The translations under genes were made by a program, and so were the position numbers. From an uncultured bacterium (GTDB lineage: Bacteria > Verrucomicrobiota > Verrucomicrobiia > Verrucomicrobiales > DEV007): a stretch of DNA of 64,000 nucleotides. Position 1 is the first letter of the stretch, and each line of letters opens with the position of its first letter. Where the stretch lies: positions 96,001 through 160,000 of the forward strand of contig CAXBMO010000012.1 of the NCBI GenBank assembly GCA_963977015.1, read 5' to 3'. Under the pieces are notes generated by a model. That model did not search any database. It was not told the DNA's origin and worked only from the letters and a program-made list of their open reading frames with translations. Positions 16,762 to 24,247 of the stretch are shown here, piece after piece.

Positions 16762-17608
16762 ACAAGCCACCCCGCAGGACTATTACTACAACTACTGTTG
16801 GTGGCCGTATCAACCGCAGGCTCCGACTGATGGAAAGATTCGGGCATCAAGCCTGCTGTTTCATTCGTTTGCATTGACAGGCGTTTTTGCGCCAGCCCGG
16901 CAGATTTGCGAAACGATGCGCACCGAGATCGGCTGTTTTCGAACCGTGTATGGAGTAAAATGGGCCGAAGGAAAACTCTCCTGGGAATACTATCTCTATG
17001 ATTACAAACGGGAGAATCGTAACGTTTCGATGTCGCGAGTCTTTCAGGCCCTACAGCCTCATCTTGAATGTTCTGTTCCGTTCCCGGAAGATCGACCCTA
17101 TTTCATGTTCTCATTTGATCTTGATCCGGATCTCATGAAAACCACTCCGAGGGTCGACAAGGTCAATATGTACATCGGAAATCCGGGGAGTACGGTTTCA
17201 TCAGGAATCTCCTATGGATTAACGCCCGAAAAGACGGAGATGGAGAATCTCTACTTCTTTTTTGACGCGAGATCCCAGATGTCTGAGGTGCTTGAGAAGC
17301 TCAGGTGCTCCGCCTTTCATCGTGGCGATGATTTTGTGATCGAAAATGTACTACACAAGGAGCTTCGGAACTGCCACACCATTTGTCTCGCGAACAAGCG
17401 CAATCGCGATACGGTCTACTATTCAGGAGTGGGTGTACAGCAACTGCGCTGGTTTCTGGAAGCGTTCAACTATCCTGCCGAAATCACGGATTTCGTGGCG
17501 GCGCATCAACATCAGTTGGATCACCTTCTCTTTGACGTCGGCTTTGACTATCAGGTGGTTGATGGGCGGGCGAAGGCGGTCAAAAGTGGTTTCTACGCCG
17601 TTTTTTAA
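16748..17608 (+). CDS. Hypothetical protein (Tyr/Phe/Trp-rich)
   Basis: GGAG RBS before ATG 16748, overlapping upstream stop; motifs TVYGVK, WEYYLYDY, PYFMFSFD, YIGNPGS.VSSGISY, ICLANK, DVGFDY, KSGFY. Stop shares a TTAA with the convergent halogenase stop. Confidence 0.8.
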   Translation: MDIVEQATPQDYYYNYCWWPYQPQAPTDGKIRASSLLFHSFALTGVFAPARQICETMRTEIGCFRTVYGVKWAEGKLSWEYYLYDYKRENRNVSMSRVFQALQPHLECSVPFPEDRPYFMFSFDLDPDLMKTTPRVDKVNMYIGNPGSTVSSGISYGLTPEKTEMENLYFFFDARSQMSEVLEKLRCSAFHRGDDFVIENVLHKELRNCHTICLANKRNRDTVYYSGVGVQQLRWFLEAFNYPAEITDFVAAHQHQLDHLLFDVGFDYQVVDGRAKAVKSGFYAVF

Positions 17609-19128
17609 AGAGGAGGGCGGTGGATCGTTTCCAGCAGTTCCCGGTGAGTGGGGAGCGAATCGGCCAACGATTGATGACGCTGCCGAATTTGATCGAAGAT
17701 CGGCAGGACTTTCTCGAAGTTGGAAACATCAGCGCGAGTCGCGTGACGACGGGGAAGCTGGTCTGCGGCGGCGAAGAGAGAATACCACGTTGCGTCAGGA
17801 GCGAAGTCGCTCAAATGAGGTTCAATCCTTCCGTTCTCCAGATAGGTTTGCAGGCCCTGGTCCAGCGTGCTGGAAAGGGGCGCCTTTCGGCACTGTTCCC
17901 AGACGGCGCCTGGTCGGCGGCTCAAGCGATAGTGTGCCTGGGCAAAGTCGCGTGCCGCCTGGTAGGACTTTCCAACCATCTCATTGTATTGGGAAGAGAG
18001 CGTGGGATTGAATTCGCGGTCCGGAAAATAATCCAGCAGGAGGCCAAGACTTCGTTGTAACAACGAAACAGGAGGGCTGAGCAAGGGATCGATAAAACCG
18101 GCAGCGCTTCCGAGTGACACGCAATTGGCAGACCAAAACCGGGTTCGCCGACCGTTCTTATATTGGAAATGGATCGGCTCAGCACTTCGCCCCTTGATGG
18201 AGAAGTCCTGACTGACGTTCTCATGAAGAGCGGCAAACGTCTGGTCCGGCAGAGTGTGCTGGCTGGAGGTAAGGGATCCCCATTGAAGGCGATGACTGAG
18301 CGGCAACTTCCAGTCCCAACCCTCGTTGGTGGCCATGACGGTGGTAAAAGGAGGTGACTGCTCGTCGCGAGGCAACCGCAGAAAGACGGCCTGATCCAGA
18401 GGAAGGGCGTCGGACCAACTTTGCCAGGGATCTCCCAACGCTTTCTCAATCAAGGTGCCGGATGAACCTGTGCAATCGAGATACAGATCGGCGGTGAAGG
18501 TCCGGCCTTGAGAGGTTTGGACGCTTTCGATTGAGCCATTAGCTCGCAGAGTCGGCTCGACAACACTGTCAAAGACTTGCTCAACGCCTTCTCCAATGGC
18601 GAGGGTGGTGAGGAAGTTTTTGAAGGCGGTGACGTCGACGTGATAGGAGATGGCTCCGGATTGGATGACCGGTGACTCTCCTTGAAAGGGCCGCGGTGCC
18701 TTGGATTGTTCACAAAGCAGCGCGTGGAGCGAGTAGTCGGTATAGTTGCCTTTCGATTGGCCGCAATGCAGGGCTTTGAGCCAAAATTGAAAGAGGTCGA
18801 GCCCATCGATGGAACTATTGAGTCCTCCGATAGGCTCCCAGAATCGGGAACCGTCCTGGACCCAGTTTTGGAACTGGGTTGCGACCTTGTAGGTGGCGTT
18901 GGATTGGCGCATGAAATGCGCCTCATCCAATCGCATGGCGAAAAGATACTGAAGGAGCGGCGCGGAAGAGCAGACTTCATCCGGATCAGGCTCGACGGAG
19001 TCAAGCAGGGTGATCTGGCAGCCTGTTTTCCCCAGCGTACGATTCAAGTACGCCGCCGACATCCAGCCGGTCAGGCCGCCACCGGCGATCAGGATCTTTT
19101 CTATCCGGCCTGAAGTTTGCGTGGGCAA
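17605..19128 (-). CDS. Flavin-dependent tryptophan halogenase-family protein with atypical active site
   Basis: GGGLTGWMSAAYL FAD motif, NATYK, DLYLDCTG, GWDWKLPL (WxWxIP-like), HYRLSRR; canonical GVGEAT and EPLESTG motifs altered. TTG start 11 nt after the upstream DUF3467-like stop. Confidence 0.88.
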   Translation of the reverse strand: MPTQTSGRIEKILIAGGGLTGWMSAAYLNRTLGKTGCQITLLDSVEPDPDEVCSSAPLLQYLFAMRLDEAHFMRQSNATYKVATQFQNWVQDGSRFWEPIGGLNSSIDGLDLFQFWLKALHCGQSKGNYTDYSLHALLCEQSKAPRPFQGESPVIQSGAISYHVDVTAFKNFLTTLAIGEGVEQVFDSVVEPTLRANGSIESVQTSQGRTFTADLYLDCTGSSGTLIEKALGDPWQSWSDALPLDQAVFLRLPRDEQSPPFTTVMATNEGWDWKLPLSHRLQWGSLTSSQHTLPDQTFAALHENVSQDFSIKGRSAEPIHFQYKNGRRTRFWSANCVSLGSAAGFIDPLLSPPVSLLQRSLGLLLDYFPDREFNPTLSSQYNEMVGKSYQAARDFAQAHYRLSRRPGAVWEQCRKAPLSSTLDQGLQTYLENGRIEPHLSDFAPDATWYSLFAAADQLPRRHATRADVSNFEKVLPIFDQIRQRHQSLADSLPTHRELLETIHRPPL

Positions 19129-19139
19129 AGGCAGCGGTC

Positions 19140-19466
19140 CTATTCAGTCGCGGCGGGTTCCGCACTTTCCGAGCCACCAGCTCCTTTGCTGATCTGGCGC
19201 AGTACTCCGGCAAGGGTGTTTACCAGATTGGCGGCGCTACTCGGAGTCATCGCAATTCGTGATTGGATGGGCAGAACGTGATTGTTGCTGGACTGATCTG
19301 AAATGATTCCCGTCGAAAAATCGAGGATGATTTGGTCGCGTCCACTGTTGACGATGACCTGATTGGCAAAAACGGCAGAGGTTTCCTCATAAAGAATACG
19401 GACATTTGGTTTTCCGTGTTGTTCGAGTTGAACTGGATCAGTAGCAGGCGTGGTTGAATCACTCAT
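19140..19466 (-). CDS. DUF3467-like small protein (copy 1)
   Basis: VRILYEETSAVFANQVIVN...IILDFSTG...RIAMTP..A.NL...L pattern recalled as typical of DUF3467. Confidence 0.75.
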   Translation of the reverse strand: MSDSTTPATDPVQLEQHGKPNVRILYEETSAVFANQVIVNSGRDQIILDFSTGIISDQSSNNHVLPIQSRIAMTPSSAANLVNTLAGVLRQISKGAGGSESAEPAATE

Positions 19467-19513
19467 AATTGAATATAATAGAGAATATAATAAGGGAGTG
19501 TGATGGTAGATTG

Positions 19514-19894
19514 TTATTCCGTTTCAGAAGACGGTGGAGACAGAATTTGATGAAGGGTAGTAATAAGATTTTGAGCCGTCTGTGGAGTCATGGCTACGCG
19601 TTCCTGGATCGGAAGAATATGACTACCGGAACCATGATCGGAAATTAACCCGGTTGAAAAATCCAGGATGATCTGTCCCCCTCCGGCGTTGGCGATAAAA
19701 CGATTGGCAAAGAGCGCGGATGTCTTCTCATAGAGAATGCGGACATCCGGTTTGCTGTGTTGCTCCAGAACCGGTGGCTCGGCGATGGTTTCTGAAACGA
19801 CTTCACTGGTTGCTTCGGGCAACTCTGGAGTGGCTTCGATGGCGACTTCTGGTTCCTTCTTCGGCTTAGGGGCCGTCTTTTTCCTTCCAAACAT
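19514..19894 (-). CDS. DUF3467-like small protein (copy 2, Pro/Glu-rich N-terminal extension)
   Basis: Clear paralogue of 19140-19466 (LEQH.KP.VRILYE.TSA.FAN...QIILDFSTG.ISD..S..H.LPIQ.R.AMTP); ATG at 19894 preferred over the upstream start in the ORF track. Confidence 0.75.
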   Translation of the reverse strand: MFGRKKTAPKPKKEPEVAIEATPELPEATSEVVSETIAEPPVLEQHSKPDVRILYEKTSALFANRFIANAGGGQIILDFSTGLISDHGSGSHILPIQERVAMTPQTAQNLITTLHQILSPPSSETE

Positions 19895-20116
19895 GGGTCC
19901 AAGGTCAATGGCTGAGTAACATGGGCCAACAGCTTTGGCGAAGCGCAAGCTACTTTGTCGTTTTGTTAGGATTGTAGCTTTGGCGCACTGGTCGTCAAGC
20001 TTCACAATGGGATCTTTGTGGGCTTATTTGGCATCAATCCTTTGTTGCTTGTTTAAATATTATGAATATTATGCAAAAATTAACTAATTGGATGAAGTCC
20101 GCTTCATTCTGTTTTC

Positions 20117-21985
20117 ATGAGTACCACTTCCCTTCCCGCCGAATCCCATCTTCAGGCGTTGGGTGCATCCAATGCCCAACCGCAGGATTGGTCTGCTGAA
20201 ATTCAGTCGATCCTGGGACTTGGAAGTGATGATGAGTTTCTTGCCGCCGTCGTGTCGCTGGTGGCAAGTGTGACGAAAGCCGGTGGGAGTTTTCTGTTTG
20301 TTCCCAACGGTCCGGAGGGGCGGCCCCAGTGTGCCGTGAGCCGGATGTTGACCGGCGTAAGCCTTGAGTTGTTGAACTCCGAGCGGGTTCAGGGCGGGAT
20401 TTCTCAAACGATTCGAGATGGAAAGATTACGCAGATCGAAGTCGTCAATCACGGGAAGCCTTCGGTGTGGATCAATGTTCCGAGCCCAAGTCTCTCTACC
20501 GGCCGGTGGAGTTTGTCGGCATTGGTGGAGAATACCGATCGATCCCGGTTGGAGGACGCCACTTCGCTTTTGCAGATGGTGACGCTTTTGCTGGATCAAC
20601 GAAGGCGCTTGGGAAATACAGGAAAGCTGAAGGCCGGATTCAGCCAGGCCACTCTGTTTCTGGAGCTTTTGTGCCGGACCGGAACGGATGTGGAGTTGGA
20701 GCGCTCGGTGGCGACCCTCGCCAATGACCTGAAGGGGTTTGTCGACTGCCATCAGGTTGCCATTGGAATTGGGAACCGCCGAAGCTGCCGCGCCAGCGCA
20801 ATTTCAGGAGCGGGTCGATTCGATCGCCGTGCGCAACCGGCCATCCATCTTCGCGCCTTCATGGAGGAGGCGATCGGAGTGGATTCGGCAATCTGTTGGC
20901 CCTATACCAAAGATCTGCCCCGAGAGGTGATGGTGAGTGGAAATCACGATCGGTTGCTGGAGGTTCTGGACATCAAGTTTGCGATGGCGATTCCCCTCAA
21001 GACGGAAGAGGGCGATACCGTCGGGGCCGTGGTGTTTCTCGATCAGGCAGGGAGTTCATCACTGGTTCGACGTTGGGAACTTCTTCAGGCAATGTCGCCT
21101 CACGTCGCCGCCGTGACGCGGTTGATGGCGTCCAGTAAACCGCGCGGAAAATGGGCCGTGATCCGGCGGAAACTGAAAGAGAAATCCGGCGCGAAACGGT
21201 TGGTGATCGGGTTGTTGGTTGCCGCCTCGATGGCAGCCATGTGGATACCCGTTCCCTATTCCATTTCAGCAAGATGCCAGTTGGAACCTGTGGTGACCCG
21301 GCAGATTGCGGCTCCCTTTGACGGGGTGCTGGCTCGTCCCGAAGTGAAGCCTGGCGCGATGGTGGTGGAAGGCCAGTTGCTCGCAACGTTGGACGGAAAA
21401 GAGATTGGCTGGAGGCTGGCCGAAGCGGTGTCGAAACATGACATTGCCTTGAAACGCCGGGCCCAGGGAATTGCCAACGATGATATTCAATCCGCTCAAT
21501 TGGCGGATCTGGAGGTGAAGGCCAAGGCTCTTGAAGTCAAGATCTTGCGGCATCATCAGCTGAACCTTGAGGTCCTTGCCCCGATTGACGGCATGGTCCT
21601 CAGTGGCGATCTCAAGCAATCAGAGGGGGTGCCCGTTTCGAAGGGTCAACAGCTGTTCGAAATCGCAAAAATTGACCAGTTGCGGGTGGAGATCGGGGTC
21701 CCCGATTCCGAGGTCAGTCACATCCGTACCGGGATGAAGGTAAATCTCCGACTGGACTCCCAAGTGCAAAGTCATCTGGAGACGGAGGTGGACTCCATCA
21801 GCCCCGCCTCGACCGCAAAAGACAATCGCAATGTGTTCGTCTGTCATGCCTCAATCGGGAATGAAGCGGGATTGTTGCGACCTGGAATGCAGGGAAAGGC
21901 GAGGATCTGGTCCGATCATCGGAAGTTGGGCTGGATAGTCTTCCATAAACCCTGGGAAACGATTCGGCGCTACCTTTGGTTCTAA
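20117..21985 (+). CDS. GAF-domain-containing HlyD/efflux membrane fusion (adaptor) protein
   Basis: N-terminal GAF-like region (MEEAI...AIPL..EEG..VGAV), one TM (LVIGLLVAASMAAMWIPV), lipoyl halves (AAPFDGVL..VKPG..V..GQLL; LAPIDG.VLSGD), LRPGM.G.ARI. Confidence 0.85.
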   Translation: MSTTSLPAESHLQALGASNAQPQDWSAEIQSILGLGSDDEFLAAVVSLVASVTKAGGSFLFVPNGPEGRPQCAVSRMLTGVSLELLNSERVQGGISQTIRDGKITQIEVVNHGKPSVWINVPSPSLSTGRWSLSALVENTDRSRLEDATSLLQMVTLLLDQRRRLGNTGKLKAGFSQATLFLELLCRTGTDVELERSVATLANDLKGFVDCHQVAIGIGNRRSCRASAISGAGRFDRRAQPAIHLRAFMEEAIGVDSAICWPYTKDLPREVMVSGNHDRLLEVLDIKFAMAIPLKTEEGDTVGAVVFLDQAGSSSLVRRWELLQAMSPHVAAVTRLMASSKPRGKWAVIRRKLKEKSGAKRLVIGLLVAASMAAMWIPVPYSISARCQLEPVVTRQIAAPFDGVLARPEVKPGAMVVEGQLLATLDGKEIGWRLAEAVSKHDIALKRRAQGIANDDIQSAQLADLEVKAKALEVKILRHHQLNLEVLAPIDGMVLSGDLKQSEGVPVSKGQQLFEIAKIDQLRVEIGVPDSEVSHIRTGMKVNLRLDSQVQSHLETEVDSISPASTAKDNRNVFVCHASIGNEAGLLRPGMQGKARIWSDHRKLGWIVFHKPWETIRRYLWF

Positions 21986-21993
21986 GCAAAGCA

Positions 21994-24234
21994 ATGACCA
22001 CGGGAAAACCAGATTATGCCGTTCGAGATTGGATCGCGTCGAAACCCAGAATTCGGGACCAGGTTCGGTTTCATTATCAGGACGACAACGGAACGGCCAT
22101 TTACGTTTTAGAGGATCTCGTCAATCGCAGTTATATCCAGATTGGAGTTCCGGAATACCGATTTCTCCGTGGGCTTGATGGCAGCCGAACGGTGGCGCAA
22201 CTGCTTTCCAGCAGCGCCGGGAAACAGGGTGAGGAGGGATTGAGCGAGGACGATGTTTCCAGTTTGTTGCGGTGGCTTCTTGATCAACAGCTCCTCGAAC
22301 CTGAAGACGGTGAGCAGGGCGAACGCAGGTTTCTTCATCACGAAAGCCAGTCCTCTCCGCAACGAGGGAGCCCTCTCATGAAGCTGTTGTTTTGGAGGAT
22401 CTCGCTGGGGAGTCCTGATCGATTTTTCCATGCGTTAAACCGACTTTTTGGCTGGTTCTTTTCGCTTCCTGCCATGCTGGTCTGGTTGGGGACGATTGGC
22501 TACGCAGCGTACCTGGCGTCGACCCATTGGCGGGCGTTGGTGGATGCCGGGTCCAGGGCAGTCTTGCCGGGCAACTGGCTTTCTCTCATTTTGGTCTACG
22601 TGGTCCTGAAGGTGTTTCATGAGTTTGGTCATGGCATCGCGACGAAGCGGTTTCGCGGGGTTGTTCCGGAATGGGGAGTTCAACTGATCGCGTTTGTGAC
22701 TCCGTTGACGTATGTGGATGCAACCGCCAGTTGGGCGTTTCGCTCACGTCGGAAACGTCTGATCGTCGCGTTCGCGGGAATCTACGTGGAACTGTTTCTC
22801 GCTGCGATTGCGCTCTTTGTCTGGAGTCGAACGGATCCCGGAACCGTGCAAACCATGGCGGCCAATATCGCGATAGCGGCGTCGTCGATTACCCTCTTGT
22901 TTAATGCGAATCCGTTGATGCGTTTTGACGGATATTATATGCTCAGTGATCTGTTGGGTCTTCGCAATCTGGCTCCGCGGGGACAACAGTTGATGCAGTG
23001 GTTGGGGCGCAAAGTGTTTTTCGGGGCGAAAGGGCCGATGCCTCGTGGTACCCGCCGCCAGACCGGGATTCTCTTTTTCTACGGTTCCCTTGCCGCAATG
23101 TGGCGGGTTCTCATCTTTGTCGGGATCATGGCGTTGGTTAGTCAGATGTTCCAGGGCGCCGGTCTGCTGTTGGTGGGAATTGGAATCCTCATCGGCGTTG
23201 CGACGCTTCTTTATTCGTTGATCAAGCTCCTGATTGAGGATCATGCCACGTTCCTGAGAGCGGCGGTGAGGATGGTTGTGATTTTGGGGCTGGCCGGATG
23301 CGCCCTTTGGGTGGTTCAGGTTAGCCCTGCGCCGACCGCTCTGGCGTTGGTTGAATTTCCAGACAAGGCGATTCTTCGTGCCGAGGCACCCGGATTCGTT
23401 TCTCAGGTGCTCTGTCAAGATGGAGATCGCGTGGCCAAGGGAGACCTGCTGGCCATTCTGGAAAACGAGGAAGAAAAAGGATTGCTGGAGCAGTTGGAGT
23501 TGGATCTGAAACGCTCTCGACAGCAAGCGCTCCAGTATTTGGATCAGGAACAGGTATCCTCTTATCAAGCTGAATTGGACGTGCAAATGGGGTTGGAGGA
23601 GCGGTTGTCCACGCAGCGGCAGAGAGTTGCGTCCCTCGAGTTTCGTTCGCCCATAGCGGGAATTGTTCGCGAGGCGAAACTGGATTCAAAACCCGGGCGA
23701 TATTTGCGGACCGGCGAACGCTTTCTGTCGGTATATCCGGACGTGGCACCTCAGTTGCTGATCTCAGCCCGGCAAGATGATGCCGAGGCGTTGGGAGAGA
23801 CCGCGCCGCGGATTCGTTGCAGACTTCGAGGCCGCCCCAATGAGATGGTCGCCGTCATTCATCGAATCGAAAAGCGGGCAACGGTCGCGGTTCCACACTG
23901 GGCCCTGGCCGCGAGTTCGGGAGGTCCCCTTCCGGTTCGAGAGGTTTCTCAAGGGAATGAGAAGGAACAGGGGCTTGCGGCGAAGGCGTCAGGCAGTGAG
24001 GCCCTCAATCACTTTCGTGGAGTGCGCCCGGAAATGGAAGGGATGTCTCAAGAACTTTCTCGTCCCCGGATGGTCGCTTATGCAACGCTGGAATCCGTTC
24101 AGGAAGCCATGGCGCTTCGAGAAGGTGAGTGGGGCCACGCGAAGCTCACGCACGGAAATCGCGAGCGTCTGGGGAGTTGGATCTATCGGAAGACGTTCAA
24201 CTATCTGCGAAGCCGATTCGAACAGCGTATCTGA
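21994..24234 (+). CDS. Site-2 (M50) zinc metalloprotease fused to PqqD-like N-terminus and HlyD-like C-terminus
   Basis: HEFGH (HExxH) in a TM helix, FNANPLMRFDGYY (NxxPxxxxDG), several TM segments, N-terminal YVLED...Y.FL..LDG.RTV, C-terminal lipoyl/coiled coil (RAEAPGFV...GD.V..GD.L; RSPIAG). Confidence 0.88.
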   Translation: MTTGKPDYAVRDWIASKPRIRDQVRFHYQDDNGTAIYVLEDLVNRSYIQIGVPEYRFLRGLDGSRTVAQLLSSSAGKQGEEGLSEDDVSSLLRWLLDQQLLEPEDGEQGERRFLHHESQSSPQRGSPLMKLLFWRISLGSPDRFFHALNRLFGWFFSLPAMLVWLGTIGYAAYLASTHWRALVDAGSRAVLPGNWLSLILVYVVLKVFHEFGHGIATKRFRGVVPEWGVQLIAFVTPLTYVDATASWAFRSRRKRLIVAFAGIYVELFLAAIALFVWSRTDPGTVQTMAANIAIAASSITLLFNANPLMRFDGYYMLSDLLGLRNLAPRGQQLMQWLGRKVFFGAKGPMPRGTRRQTGILFFYGSLAAMWRVLIFVGIMALVSQMFQGAGLLLVGIGILIGVATLLYSLIKLLIEDHATFLRAAVRMVVILGLAGCALWVVQVSPAPTALALVEFPDKAILRAEAPGFVSQVLCQDGDRVAKGDLLAILENEEEKGLLEQLELDLKRSRQQALQYLDQEQVSSYQAELDVQMGLEERLSTQRQRVASLEFRSPIAGIVREAKLDSKPGRYLRTGERFLSVYPDVAPQLLISARQDDAEALGETAPRIRCRLRGRPNEMVAVIHRIEKRATVAVPHWALAASSGGPLPVREVSQGNEKEQGLAAKASGSEALNHFRGVRPEMEGMSQELSRPRMVAYATLESVQEAMALREGEWGHAKLTHGNRERLGSWIYRKTFNYLRSRFEQRI

Positions 24235-24247
24235 TCCCTTTTTGCCG

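Noticed and set aside
20028-20038. TTGGCATCAAT shared with the divergent intergenic region near 45736; possible sigma-54 site
   Set aside because: No GC at the -12 spacing, and an 11-bp match is plausible by chance.
23777-24247. N-terminal extension of SecA in the ORF track
   Set aside because: Overlaps the M50 gene in another frame and is low-quality Arg-rich sequence; ATG 24248 follows the M50 stop by 13 nt.
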